Shown: positions 14,139-28,003 of the stretch, one piece after another
Layout: each line of letters opens with the position of its first letter
Position numbering within the stretch: position 1 is the stretch's first letter
Origin: Hydrolagus colliei
Taxonomy: Eukaryota
Direction of reading: 5' to 3'
DNA length: 64,000 bases
Assembly (NCBI GenBank): GCA_035084275.1
Contig: CM068746.1
Coordinates: 37,324,001 to 37,388,000 of the forward strand
The notes under the pieces: generated by a model
What the model saw: the letters and a program-made list of their open reading frames with translations, nothing else
What the model was told of the DNA's origin: nothing
The model's database searches: none
Program-made: the position numbers and the translations under genes

Positions 14139-15272
14139 CTGCAAGTGTTCCAAAACAAGGGGCTCATATTCTGATAAAACTAAACCGAATGATAGCACAT
14201 TTGCAACTCAAGTACAGTGATAACATTGCCAATGTGTCTATAAATAATAGAGTTCAACTCTCAGGGTTTCTATACTATGAATATAGAATAAAAATAAAAA
14301 TGTCACCTTGAACAAGAAATGAAACTAGCTCCATTGAGATACATAATGCGTCTAATCCAAATGAGGAGTAACCTCTGGCAACGGACCACATTTGCTCTTG
14401 GCCTCAGGATGAACTAAATTGTTGTGGCACAACTTCGATTTCCAATTTAGCAGCCTGCCAGGTATGCAAAGCATAGATGCTGTGCAGCAAATACCATGAG
14501 ACATGTCCATTAATATTAACCTTCTCCTGCCTATTTAATACTAGAATGCCTAATATTTGTTGATGCCTCCTTTCAATTTCTGCTACATATTACTTAATGA
14601 TGATTGTCTTCTAGAGTTCTCTAGACTTCACATATACTGTACATAAGCTTCAAAATTCAGTTAGTCAGTAAAGCTATTATACCATATTGAGTGGATTTGC
14701 ACACATACCATGTTAGTATTCTACCACTGGACGCCAGTGTTCTGTTCGCCAATGTATTTTTAGATGCTCAAATAGAAGCATTCAGATCAAATAAATGCTT
14801 GCTAATTTGCCGCAACAACAGTCTCCATAAAGAGAGTTCAACCTGGAGCTTCAGGAAGGCTAAAAACTTTTTAGCGAGGTCATAGTTTCCTATTTTGTGA
14901 TTGTTAAACCCTTTGATTCTAATTCAAGGCAAACAATGTTAACCTTGTTTGTCTTTAGATAAATTTCCAGTGAAAGTAACCCTGATACAAATGTTTCCTT
15001 AACATTTTAAAAACGATGTATCTGCCAAAAGCAATTTTTGAAGGGAAGGCTTTAATTCCTAACTAACACCTAAATAGTAACTAATACAATTATGTCAATG
15101 TGCATGATCCTGCTTGAAAGTTGCTTTACCCACAAAATATCATCAATTCATTTTGCAGTATATTCCGTGACACACCTTGAGACGTCTAGAAGACATGATA
15201 AGGCCCTATATTAAATGCCACGATTATTAAATACAGCAAGTTGTTGTTGTAGTTTGCTGAAACATTCTACTG

Positions 15273-15620
15273 CAGTGAAACTCTGATACCTCGTCCCGGG
15301 CATAACTCGTCACTGACTCAATATCCTGGCTATTTCCCTAATGAATTTCATTCTGATCTTCTGATAACTAGTCACCCTGGATATCTTGTAAATCGTCAGG
15401 TTTTTGCACTTTTAAGAGGTGTAAAACGCCTCTGGTAAACCATCATTTTATTAGGTATTCAAATCACAAGGCAATGCAGGATTTCTTTTTAAAAGGTTTG
15501 AGTAATGCAAAATGTGCTGATAATTGCATCAGTCAAGAACATAAGCAAAAATACTGCTGAATGCTATAGCACAAATTACTAAAATCCAAGATGTTCCATG
15601 TAAATTTAGCAGATCTGATT
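15273..15620. mobile_element. Tigger-like MITE fragment
   Basis: Starts cagtgaaactctgata; its internal segment 15430-15612 recurs at 35957-36124. Confidence 0.4.
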
Positions 15621-15674
15621 TTTTTTAAACAAACACCATCCTGCTTCCAGTGACACTCTGTTGCCAGGAATAAG

Positions 15675-15985
15675 AATAATAATCCTTGCATTTGATATAG
15701 CACATTTCACATTTTCTGGACGACTCAAAGTGCTTCACAGAATATACTGTAAAGTGAATTGACTATATATTTGGGGTCGAAACGCAGCAGCCAATTGTGC
15801 AGTGTCCACAAACAGTCGTGAATTGAAATGACCAATTTTATTATTGTGCTTTTTTTTGGAGGGATTATTATTAGGTGTGTGGAGTAAGGAAACTTGCCCA
15901 AGGTTTCGCCCGGACCTGCCTGATTCGAACACAGGTTTCAAGCTTGTAAGGCGAGTGCTCTAACCACTGAGATACAGGACTCCAC
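15675..15985 (-). mobile_element. tRNA-derived Deu-type SINE, full length
   Basis: Same family consensus. Confidence 0.85.
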
Positions 15986-16678
15986 AACAGAATTCATACT
16001 GCAACATACTAGTGACATTCTCACACCACAGCAAGGAATAAATCACAAAACTTTGGAACCAAAACAACTAATGGGAAATGAGCTTTGTGCAAATCAGCAC
16101 CATACATTGTTTTTAAAGTTAAGAGATTTTACTGTGAAAAACAAAGAAAGCTTGTAGAGCTTTTGGACCTTATAATATCAAAATTCCCCTACTTAATGTA
16201 GGCTAATCAATACATATCTATGGAATTAACTGAATGCAGTTATCACTAATGTAAATATCTATCTTCAAACCATATTTTTGAACTGCTTCGCTAGACATCT
16301 AATTACTTTGCTACATTACAAACACAAATTAGTACACTTAGCCAGAAGGTTTCACTCTAAACAAGGTTTGGCAGTGTTAATTGCACAAAATAGAAAGCCG
16401 AGCAATCTCAAGGAAATCGTTATTCACTATAAATGAAGCCCTAAATGGATTGTAAGAGTAACTAAGCTTAGTTTTTCGCGCTCAAACAAATGAAGACTTT
16501 GATATTCTAATAACAACATATTTCAATCACAAATTAGTCACTTTGGTGTTGCAGACAGCAAACAGCTGTTAATTCATAACACAAGAAAGCTAGAGAGAAT
16601 ACTGCTTCCTCTCCCCCCACACCCACCCACCTACAAATTAAATAACTTAATTCCCCTCCCCCAATTAAATAAACTTAC

Positions 16679-16809
16679 CAGATGTCGGAGTTCTTTCAGA
16701 TCTCTGCAGACCGTATAAAACACGCCGAGAAGCATGTTAATGTAGGAACTGTAAAAATCAGCACAGAACTCTTTAGGATGGTCATGTGTAAGAATTTTCA
16801 GAAGGTCAG
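16679..16809 (-). CDS. ORC5: ORC5 coding exon 6 ([43 protein letters not shown])
   Basis: 131 nt, cttcag/gtaagt boundaries; frame consistent with the previous exon. Confidence 0.97.
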
Positions 16810-19800
16810 CTGAAGTTGAGAAAACAAGTTGGTTTAAGTAACTAATTTCTCAGTAGATGCTTCTATTATTTAATGAATGTACTTTAACAATAACAGTATA
16901 CAGTATAAGCCTTCAAATCATGCATAATACCAAACCTCAAAATATAGAGCCCAGTTAATTATTTTAAAACCTTGCTGGACAGTACTGTTAAGAGGAACAA
17001 GATGATCATTTAAAGAGAGATAAATCTTATGCATGGAGGAGAGAAGCTTATGTAGGAAGTAACTCCATAATTAACATGCTTATAGAAATTTGGTGTACCT
17101 TTAAAAAGAAATCCTCGATTGTCTTAGATCTCCAGGACCCACCTTCTGCCCTGCTTGCCTTCTCTTACAATGTCATTGATGGGCAGAATCAGGGAATCAG
17201 ATCAGTCTGGGAGTTCAACATGGAGTTTACCCCCAAGTTCATGAAAGCTTTTCCATTTGTGGAGTACGGCATGCATATGTGTACACAATATTCTATAATT
17301 TTGTATAACAAGAGGATACGCTGAAAAGAAAGCACTTCCTCTCCTATATTTACAAAGCTCTTTGAGATACTCTCCCAATGTGAAAGGCACTGTGAAAGAG
17401 CAAACTATTGCTAATAATGTCACACATTGGTCACAGCCCCCTGAGGAACTCTAGAAGTGAATAGTCCTGTGTGATTCAACACACTTAGGAAGCGTCTGCC
17501 AGGCATCCAACATATTCAAAGGCATCCTTAGAATATTCAATTAATTTATGAGGCATGATCCAGCTTCATAAACCCATGTTTGGTGTGAAATTACCTCTAA
17601 TCTTATTAAACACTCTTCAATTATTTCCTCTATAATTGATTCCGATATTTCGGCTTTTAGAAATGTCAAGCTTTCAGGCAAAGTACAGGACTCCCAAGAT
17701 CATATTTCACACCCATATTAATTAATTGGCAATTGCTTGATTTTACCCCTATATTTGAGGAGTTGAGAAAACATTCACCCTTCACTTCAGTCCTCACTTT
17801 TTCTTCAATACTTTCTATCTACTTTCTGTCACTCTCCCAACTCTCTCCCTCCCCACCCTGCCCCTCCCACTTGCTCGGGTCCCGACCCAACTGTTCAGCG
17901 CCTTGGGACGCCCTCCTGATGTGAAAGGCGCTCTATAAATGTAATTTTGTTGTTGTATCTAATCTATTTGTCATTGAATATTCAATACCTCAACTTCTTA
18001 AAGACAATTTCATTAGCAAAGCACATTACCTTCACAAACTTGGATGTACAGTACTTTCTTTGCTCCAATTACATAAAGGAACCACCCACAAAATGATCTC
18101 AAATTTGTACCATAGCTTATTCTAGATTTGTAGCATTCAAAGTTAAAGTACATCTAAAAAGGAAGTCTCTTTCCTGAATTATTTTCCAGATCATTCTTGC
18201 ACCAGTACAGTATTTAAATTTGGTTGACATATTTTCAATCTCCCTCCTTCCTCATTTTCTTAGCACTTTTGAAGCATTTCGGTCATCAGACATAAAATTG
18301 AGAATTCTCACTAATAATTGTTATTAAATCCAATTAAATTTCTCCTAAGGAATTGTTATTAAATCCAGTTGATTAACCTCTTTAACTTCAGAGTTTTGTC
18401 CCTGTTCTGTTTAGTGTAAACAGGCAAAACCACACAACAAACCGGTTATTGGCCATATTACTAATGATTCCTCAGTAGAAATCTGTATGATCTGTCTAAG
18501 AACTGGCACAAAGCAAATAATTTCTCAACACTCCCACCGATGTCCTATGGTAGTTTCTCAGAGGACAATGGTATGCAGTAGGTAATGTCAGGCAAACAGG
18601 GTTCTCCGTAACATTTAAACCAAATTAAAAGGCAGTCAAATTTCAATAATTGTGGGAAATATGATGAGGTGCTTGTACAAAAGTGTTAACAACTTCATTG
18701 TCCTATTCATGTTTTTGAAGAACATCCTCCTCCCTCCCATCTCTTCAGCAGAAACAATCTACGTATTTCAAAGGTACTGATTTCATAGTGATATACAGAA
18801 ATTGATTACATGTGGCATTTATATTTATTGCCCAAATGTTTAATGGAAACAATTACTGGAGAATAAAAGCATATGGATCAAATTTAAAGGAAAAATAATA
18901 CATGTATGTTTTATTCTAATAATATATATATTCTATTACCCTGAGATAACCCCAAATATAAAAGTGGTAATGCAATACTATAATAGCAATAATCCATGCA
19001 TTTGATATAGCATCTTATCACATCTACAAAACCTTTGCCAAAGGCCTTTGCAGAATATACTGTAAAGTGAATTGACTTCATATTTTGTGGGTGAAACAAA
19101 ATAAACTGCAACGAATAAGTGGTAAATTCAGTTGTTTCATTCAAAGGCAAGCAGTCATCTAGGCCTGTGGAAGGCCATCTTACTCATGTATTGTTCATGT
19201 GTTTCCAAATTGTCATACCAAGCTGATTTTGTACAGCAATTTCAGTGAAGTTGCTAAGCAACAAGATCTTTATGCCCTCCTCTCTTATCGCAATGCTCTA
19301 TTTGATTGGCATTCAGAAATTTATCATACAATACTGCACAGCCTAAAACATCTCCAATGTTACAGATCATATCTTAAACAAACTACAGGTAGCATTTTTA
19401 ACCAAAGGTATTAAATTATTTAGGGTTTCACACTTCTTTTAAGTCTTTTCTTTAGGTTCCCCTCACTGCTGTTCCATGGATCATTAGAATATACCTGCTC
19501 CAAGATCTCTGATAGATATAACCAACCACAAGAAGGTACACAAGAGTAATGTTTATTTTCTCCCAATTGGAAAACTGCAACACTCCAATTACTAGCTGAA
19601 TCCATAAACTCACAATAGCATCAAAAACTTTAAATTTCTTCAAAATATTTGAAGAAATAAATTTGAAATAAATGTAATAAATAACTATTAATCATTTAAT
19701 AAATATAAATTCAATATTGAATTTCAAAGCTTTTTTAACAAAAATTGCAGTGATTAAAAAAAAAAGCTTTAAAGTGTACAAATTATATGAGCCAGGCAAA

Positions 19801-19860
19801 AAAAAATTTCACTAATTGGCACCATTTATTGAAGTAGAAAAACTGTAGGAATAGTTTTAC

Positions 19861-19972
19861 CTTTGTTGTAGTCAGGAAAATACAGAATTAAAGGCTCAAA
19901 ACAACCAGTACTTGGGCGAAACTTTTCCCAAACAATTTCACTGAGGAAAATAACAGTGACATTTGCTTCAGC
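19861..19972 (-). CDS. ORC5: ORC5 coding exon 5 ([37 protein letters not shown])
   Basis: 112 nt, tttcag/gtaaaa boundaries, ends in phase 1. Confidence 0.97.
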
Positions 19973-21107
19973 CTGAAAAAGACACAAAAACCGTGTTGAT
20001 GTAATTATTGATACTCACATGCTACATTTGAATGAAATAAAAACAAATTGAAACTCTTTATACAGTTATCACAATCACAGTGAATGGAAGCAGAACCACA
20101 TCTCAAGTGCAAATCGACTTTCATGACAGCTACTGCTGCGTCTTTAAACTACTTTCATCTTAATTTAAATAAATTGTGTCCAAACCTAGTCAGTTAACCT
20201 GTAAGTGATTTAATCTAACCCTATTTTATGATGTCATCCAATCTAGTTCCCTTAGTAACACTTAATTTTACTACCACCACTTTACAATTATGGTACAGAA
20301 CACATTTTCCATCAAGAGGACATCTCAAAATTGACTCTGGAAGCCTAAGAGGAGGATGGCAGTGGGGGAGGATATGTTAGGCTCAAAACAGAAAGCAAAA
20401 TTATACCAGATATTCAAAAGAACCACTAGGTCACCACCGGTTCTGATTTATTCCCACTGCTGGTATAAATAAATCAGCTTTTAACTGAACAAATCCTACT
20501 GTGGAACAACTAGAGCAATCCAATTTTCAAACCACTGTATATGAAATGGAGACTTTTTAATGGTGAAATCACTTTAACAAGCACTTCCGGTATTATATGC
20601 CCCAATGCTCTTCAGTGCTTTTGTGGAATGGGCAGATGTGAGCAGCGTACTTACCTAATACGAATTAGGTAAATAGATTTAGACGATCTTTGTGCAGCTT
20701 AAGCCCCATTGCTGTAAATGGTTAAACCTTATACTGTACTGTATATATTTTTTAAAAACATTTCTGCTGGAAACACATTAAAGATGCATGTACAAAATGC
20801 AATTTTTTGTTTGCAGGGTGAATGACACATGCAGAAACCTAATGCCATGCTTAAGATTATCCAAACCACAGCAGTTTCACATATGTATGTCACCTACAAA
20901 TGGAGATTTCCATGTCTGGAAAGGAATGCAAACTCCATTCCTGGAGGGACACACCCAGTTTACCTAATTCTGGAGAATATTATTCGCAGGTTAGCGAGAG
21001 CCCAAGAGTGTGTGTTGGGGTACTGATGGAGTTTAATCAACTAAAAGTACGTAGCCTGCCACTGACAACAGTGACTGTCAAAATTGCCACCAGGCCCACC
21101 ACCCCAT

Positions 21108-21250
21108 TAGTCCTTACGAAAGGTTGTAGACCCGAAACATTGACTCTTTTTTCTTTCTCCATGAATGCTGTTTGACCTGCTGAGTTTCCCCAGCAACTTT
21201 TTGTTTTTGTTTCAGATTCCCAGCATCTGTTGTATTTTGTGTTTTGATCC
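21108..21250 (+). mobile_element. Penelope-like element terminal remnant with degenerate hammerhead core
   Basis: AGTC-CTTACGA-A-AGGTT gta GACCC-GAAACATT-GACT followed by atgaatgctg...gacctgctgagttt...ccagcaac, paralogous to 21367-21472. Confidence 0.6.
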
Positions 21251-21366
21251 CCATTAGGGCTTTGGCTTGCAGGATTAACAAGATTGAATGGGGAAAAAAG
21301 GCCTGCTTAAAGTGGCTGGTCTGTCCCTGCTTACAAGCCAATTATCAGTGGTCACTTAGATTACTA

Positions 21367-21407
21367 TGAGTCCTGATGAAGGGTCATGGACCCGAAACAT
21401 TGACTCA
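21367..21407 (+). ncRNA. Minimal type-I hammerhead ribozyme motif (Penelope-like element derived)
   Basis: TGAGTC-CTGATGA-A-GGGTC atg GACCC-GAAA-CATT-GACTCA: 6-bp stem I, CUGAUGA and GAAA cores, 5-bp stem II, minimal stem III. Confidence 0.7.
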
Positions 21408-21472
21408 CTTTCCTTTCGCCATGAATGCTGCCTGACCTGCTGAGTTTTCCCAGCAACTTCTGTTTTTGTTTT
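21367..21472 (+). mobile_element. Penelope-like element terminal remnant, copy 2
   Basis: Same tail as 21108-21250; begins exactly at the hammerhead stem I. Confidence 0.6.
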
Positions 21473-23738
21473 GTACTGTACTAGAAGCCTACCGGCTCCA
21501 GAACCAGACTTGACTACTCAGAAAAACTGAAGAATAATGCTTGAAGGGATTATATAGAGGAATTTGAAGGCAAGGATAAGATCTGAAAATTGATCAGCTA
21601 GAATTGTGGGAGCCATTAGAACTTGGCAAAATCATGTGTGCAACCCAATATCTCAGTATCTTTTGAGGGATATCCTTGTGTACAATACAACATCTAGGTA
21701 AATAAAAAATGATTTGACAGACTGGAAAAATAAATAGGTAGTATTTTTATAAATTAATAAACTATCCAAATTTACAGTGTACTACTGTCCAAGACTTCAC
21801 ACACTACACCTAGAAGTTCACCATTCACCAACACAGTTTTGTTGGGTCTCCCACTCTCTCATTTGCCAATTTCCTCTGCAGCCCACAGAAAGATCCAAAC
21901 CTGCAGGGTTGAAAAACTAATTTATCACTTTCTAGGTCAGCTGGGGCCAATCAAACCCCATAATGTCTTCCATGACAAAATTTTATTCCTATAAACTCTA
22001 ATCAGGCTGTCACAGCTATTCGGCAATCTGGGAGATTTCAGAACAAGGTTCAAGTTCATGCATCGATAGTGAAATGAAAGAACCGTTGGACAATTTGACT
22101 TTTGATTTATGTAGCATCCAATTTGAAAAACAGAGATGAAAAATAATTTGAAAATCTTCATATCTTCATTTCCCCCAAGGCTATTTTGGGGAATAAAGAA
22201 TCATAAATTCAAAATTAATGGTGAGGGAAGACAAACAGGAATGCATAAAATCCTGTTTAAAAACAAAAGTCCAAATTAACAATGTACAAAGCATTAACAA
22301 GAAAAATCTAAGAAATGCCTGTACTATAATATATTTTATTATCACAAGCTATTAACTTGTTCCTGCACCAGCCCACACAATTGAAAGAGGAAATCTAGCA
22401 GCTGATGATGAGAAATGATGAGCACAGGAATGTTCCTCACTAGCAGTGCTTACGAATATTACCGTCGAAGTGTTTCATTATATGCAAGCGTAGCAAACTG
22501 TTTAGCTTTCTTGTGCAGTGATTAAAAGAGGAACATGTTGCTAATTTGGTTCAGACTGTTTTGCCTGTTTATTGTACGACTGCATTTTAGGTGTTCAGCA
22601 TTCTACTCGCACAATAAACTCAGGAACATAACTAAGACCCTCGGTTTGAACCCTTCATTCCAAAGGACGTCATCTCAAGCAACACAACCCGTTCCCCGTA
22701 CCGATGTGGAAGTCAACATAGACTATGCAAGTTATTCCGGTAACTGTTCATGTGTCTGGACAACTTTCCCCTCATGAGCTCAGGACATTATGGCCAGTTT
22801 AAGCAACCCAACTGCTTCTTGCTCTGAGCTTAGCTCACTCAACGCAGTCAGAGTATCAAATATCTAACCTACTGATCTGTGTACTTTAGTGTTAGATCTT
22901 GACCCACAAACAAACCCTAAACGTTTCTTCTACTTCTCCAGAGAGAAATGAAAAAAGCCTAGTCAACAAAACACTACCTCTGTAAGCAATTTAAATATTT
23001 AGGCTTTACATCAAAATGTCACTGCCAGGCAATTTTTGAACATCTGCTTAAATGGAGCTCAAGAAAAATACATTCATGGCTAAGTACTTCAAACATTTAC
23101 CACTAACATTTTCACGGGAGCAAGTTAAAGTGATAACTTATTGCCAAACCACAGACAGAATATTAAACAGAAGATCTAATCCATTGGCAGTCAGTACTCC
23201 TCAAAACATCTAAAATAAGAGTGTAAATTGTAAGTCGGATTATCTTTTTAAAAAACACCTTCAAAATCACTACTTATAGCCATGCAATTGGGTAATGCTA
23301 GCTTTAAGGAAATTAGGGAGGAGAGGTAAGCGGAGGCAGAGCCAGGGGTCCACAGAACTGCCGGGCATTACTTATGACAAACCAGCCAGCGTGGCTCAAT
23401 AAAAGGACTTGGAGAGGGAGACCACGGAAGAGGAGCAGGGAGTTTTCCTATAAAACACAGCAAGCCAAAACCCTAATGGGTAGGGTGGTCCTAGTTGGAC
23501 AAATCTAGTATGGATCCACTTAAGACACAGTGACAAGCATGTATCAGACATCCAGCTGAATTTTTATTTTGGAAAAGTAAACATCACAGCTCTTTAATTC
23601 TCTCCGTCAGAATTCCTCCACTTTATGAAATTAATACTTAAACGTGGACAGTCATGGCATTTTTAACCACATTATCTTGTTTACATTAAGAGTATTTTAG
23701 GTAATTATAGAGACTTTATAGAGAAGACAGTCACATAC

Positions 23739-23813
23739 CAGTTCTTGCAACCTCAGGAACCCTGGCAGCAGGTTTGCATCCATTTCCCGTAGCTTTTCAG
23801 TTTTATCCAACAC
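23739..23813 (-). CDS. ORC5: ORC5 coding exon 4 ([25 protein letters not shown])
   Basis: 75 nt, gaag/gtatgt boundaries; close match to ORC5 [25 protein letters not shown]. Confidence 0.97.
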
Positions 23814-24294
23814 CTTCAATAAAATACAAGGTAAGGTATTAAAGGATCCTCATTTTATTTCCACCTAGTGACTTTCTCTTAAAATGTTCCTTGCTCACAT
23901 GACGTATCTTAAATATAGACATGTATGCTCTCGAAAAAGCAACCTCCCTTCTCCTGGCCCCCGGAATAGTTGAATAGCATAGGAGTGAATAGATCTAATC
24001 ATATTTTCTGAGGAATCCTTCAGTATTAGTTTTGCACAATTGTTCCTTTGTTTTTGAAATCTTTGCTAACAAATGTAGTAGAAAGCTACACCACTTTGAA
24101 ATAATTTCCATTTTATTAATATTACTTGCCATGTATATTTTCAGGAATAGGCATTTTGTTTTTTTTAAAAAAAGAGTACCAGCATAGCTCATATTGCACA
24201 CCAGCGATAAATGCAAATGGTGAACAATGATATTAATATTGATATAAATGTTAGAAACCCGCAACCAAGTGTGAATTCATAACAATTTGCTTAC

Positions 24295-24498
24295 GATGTA
24301 AATGGTTTGGTTGTGCAAATTGCGTTCATGAACCAGCTGATTAAACAGTCGAACAAAGTCGTTGAGTGTGTCACATCGCAAAAATGAAGAGTATTCATTC
24401 TCAGGGGTAAGGCAATGTCCTTGTAGTTGGTTAAGGATTTGTTCGAAAAGCATCCTCGATGAAAAGCACTCCACACAATTAACAATCACATGGGGAAG
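24295..24498 (-). CDS. ORC5: ORC5 coding exon 3 (LPHVIVNCVECF...NQTIYI)
   Basis: 204 nt, tttcag/gtaagc boundaries; matches ORC5 LPHVFVNCVECF...DFVRLF. Confidence 0.97.
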
Positions 24499-26949
24499 CT
24501 GAAAAGAAAAAAAATCTTTATGAACCATAAAAGAACATTCTGTACCAATCATTTGTTCTAAATTATCACCTAATTTCTAAAATTGTGCTAGAACTGATTG
24601 TGCAGTCAGGATCCCTCACCCAGTTTTAATGTCAGCCATTGTCTTTCAGAAACACACACAATGCTTCCAGGAATAGCCTCAAAACCATCATCTTAAAGTG
24701 TAACATTAGAAGGCATATGTAAAATTTATTTTCCACAAAGAACTGTGGGATTTCCTTATTCAAAAATTAAAAGTAGTTTTGGAACATCGGTAACAGGAGG
24801 TGGCAGATTTCAATAATATATTTGCAGGGAAAGAATACTGTGGACAATTATTCAGAAGCCTGATTTGTACTTTTCTTTCTATATCAATTTTAAATTGGGG
24901 CTCCCCACAAAAAATACGTTTTGTCTTTCTCTGCATGTTCACATTGGCTTATGTAAAGAATCCCAAATAGGGAGGCTATTTATGTTATTTAAAGAGCTGA
25001 TCAAAAGATCAGTGTGACACACATGCAGTCTTCACACTACGTTGGTGAGAATCCCAATGCAAAATTTCAGAGATCTGCTGCCTCCGTAAAACTCATATAA
25101 ATCTTATCTTTACACATCACCTGGGTCCCATTAAGTTTCCCATCAAACCGACTTAGATTTATTTGGACAAGTCGTATTAATCACCAGAGTCCCCGAGTGT
25201 TTAGCACCTTTGGGTGTCCTCCCGACTTGAAAGGCACTTTACAAATGGAATCTTGTTGTTGTAGTCTTGACCCATCACCGCATGCGCACTTACCGGCTGC
25301 ATTGAATTACATATGTGCAATGCAGATTGATTACATCAGAAGTCATATTAAATGTTATGATCCCAACCGATACGACTTTATGTGAGTTTCACTGTATACT
25401 ACCCATCTGGCGGTACTTATTGAATAATAGTAACAGTAGAATCAGTCAGAGACATAGTCACATTCAAATTGATTTCTTCTCAAGATATATATCAGCCTAT
25501 AAAGCCTCCACTCTGGTACTTCAATCACCTGTACTATATCTCCAGGGTAATGTATGGACCAGACAAGCATAATGAGAACCGTGAGAATGACAGCTTTCTT
25601 TAATTAACTACGAGCCATATTAAATCAGGCAGACTTTCTCACACACATCTTGAATGAATCTTTGCTTCTCTTTCTTTTCTCTGTCTGTAATTCAGCAGAA
25701 AATTTAAACACACAATAGTAAACAAAATGCTATCCAAATATTTCATGCATGATACTAACTTTGCTACGTTTCTCCATCTCCTCACCCAACTGCATTTTCC
25801 ACCCATTTCCAATAAACATACCACATAGTAATAATAATCCTGGCAGTTTGATACAGTGCTTTATCGAGTTGTTCAGACAGCTCAAAGTGCTTCGCAGAAT
25901 ATATTGTAAAGTGGATTGACTGGGTATTTTGTGGCCAAAACGCAGCAGCCAATTGCGCACAGCAGTGTCCCATGGATTGAGTTACCATTTTTTTTACCCC
26001 GGAAACCGATCTGCCAATCAATTAACAACCGGGTTCCTACTTAATGCTAGGTGTGTAATATGAAAGGTGCTACACAAGTGTAATGTTATTGTTGTTGTTA
26101 CAATTGGAAAGAGAGCAAAAGCTCAAAAGGAATTTCAGCCTATTTCTTGTACAAACGTATCTTCAGTCATTGAAACTAGTTTTGTGCATTCTTTCCTGCA
26201 CCTAAAGTCTAATTTCTGATTTCCCTCATTTTTTGGTGCATCATTATCTTCAATTTTTCATGGTGCATTTACACATATATGTCTTATTCTCGGTTATAAT
26301 GATTACAGTGTGGAAGATGGTGGATCTTTAATATGTGATTTTCATTGTTAACAATGAAAAATTGTATGTAGGCATTAACCCTTGGTTGCACAGCAATGAA
26401 AGTGATGACCTTTGCATAACAAAGACAAATGGACAGCCAGGAGAGCTTACAAAGGCAGTAATTCATCTAAAGATTTAAATTGTGGCACACAATACAGTAC
26501 TTAAGCGATTCACAACCATCCCTAAAGCCCCTTGTTGAGATTTCATTTCAAGCACTCAGGGAAGAGAAATTTCACCTGGGTCATTGACACTTTTAAAAAC
26601 TTTAGAAAAACATTACCAAAGTCTGACAGGAAGTCACAGGTTTAGAGTTCTGAAGCACACCTTTAAGACAATTGCCGGGATGTACTAAAAGTAATTATAT
26701 AAAGCATAATCAACAGCTTTAATGCTTATTGGCAAAAAATAAGCACTTAATATTGTTGAAAATAATCAACCGACCTTAATAATGTTCCAATGAAACCATC
26801 ACAGTCACAAGCACAGGGACAGCAATTTGATTCATAAAGTAATGTAACTCTCACTCTCCCGTTGATTCTGCCAGCACAGTATTTCAAAGCTCATGAGCTT
26901 CATGTCAAAGGCAGTCAACGTGACAAATTGATTAAAACCTTTCATTTAC

Positions 26950-27042
26950 CTCACATGTTTTGAGCAATGTTTGCATCACATAGGTTTTCCCTGTGGCCGT
27001 ATGTCCATAAACAAAAACGGAAGGGTAACTGTAATGATGAGG
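26950..27042 (-). CDS. ORC5: ORC5 coding exon 2, Walker A ([31 protein letters not shown])
   Basis: 93 nt, ttccag acceptor and gtaaat donor, intact GxxxxGKT motif. Confidence 0.97.
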
Positions 27043-27117
27043 CTGGAAGAAAAGCAAAACTTTTAAAGTCACCAAAATGATAGTTTTTTCTTTTATTAGC
27101 TACACAAGTAGATACAC

Positions 27118-27440
27118 AAATAAGAACATAAGAACATAAGAATTAGGAGCAGGAGTAGGCCATTCGGCCCTTCGAGCCTGCTCCACCATTCAATAAGATC
27201 ATGGCTGATCTTCTCACCTAACTTTGATTACCTGCCCTATCCCCATATCCGCTGATCCTTCTATTTTTCAAATATCTATCAGTCTCAGCCTTGAAAATGT
27301 TCAAGGACTGAGCATCTACAGCCTTCTGGGGTAGTGAATTCCATACATTCACTACCCTCTGAGTGAAGAAATGTTTCCTCAACTCTGTTCTAAAAGGCTG
27401 ACCCTTAATTTTAAGACTGTGACCCCTGGTTATAGGCTTC
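27118..27440 (-). mobile_element. CR1-clade LINE 3' end
   Basis: FFTQRVVNVWNSLP C-terminus and tail cctactcctgctcctaattcttatgttcttatgtt. Confidence 0.8.
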
Positions 27441-27886
27441 CAAAAAACTGCAACTTCTGATCAAACTGTCATTTAAAGAAAACCGCGGACAATTGTGCTG
27501 GCAATTTTAAACTGTAAGAAAAACGAGGGCAAGGAATGTTCACACAGAAAATAAATGCTTTATATGCCCTTGATTCACAAATGAGCATTGTATTTTACTG
27601 CCGGGATGAAATTCCCACCAATTTAAGTCCCAGCATTCAGCATTTTTAAACCCGAATCAACATTAAACATTGTATTTTGCAGGATAACAGTGGGTTCAAA
27701 AACAGATTAACAGGGGTTATAAACATTTATGTGCCTAAACAAATTAAACTGTAAAATTACTGTGGATTAAACAAATAACAGTGGCAATAAATAAAACCGA
27801 AATAAAGAAAAATATGAAAGCAAGAAACATAAAAATGAACAATTCCTAGAGCACCACAAACGAGTTATCTTCGTAGTAAAAATGAC

Positions 27887-28003
27887 CTCTCCCAATATTG
27901 ATAGCAGAGTGGAAATTTGAGAGTCCCGACAAATCAACTTCTCTCGCAGCGAAAGGACTCTGTCATCTGGACAATCATCAGAAATAAGATGAAGGGCAGA
28001 CAT
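27887..28003 (-). CDS. ORC5: ORC5 first coding exon (MSALHLISDDCPDDRVLSLREKLICRDSQISTLLSILGE)
   Basis: The LICRDSQISTLLSILGE stretch matches the vertebrate ORC5 N-terminus (VLCRESQVSILQSLFGE). Acceptor ttctgtag precedes exon start 28032; donor GAG|gtcatt, phase 0. Confidence 0.9.
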
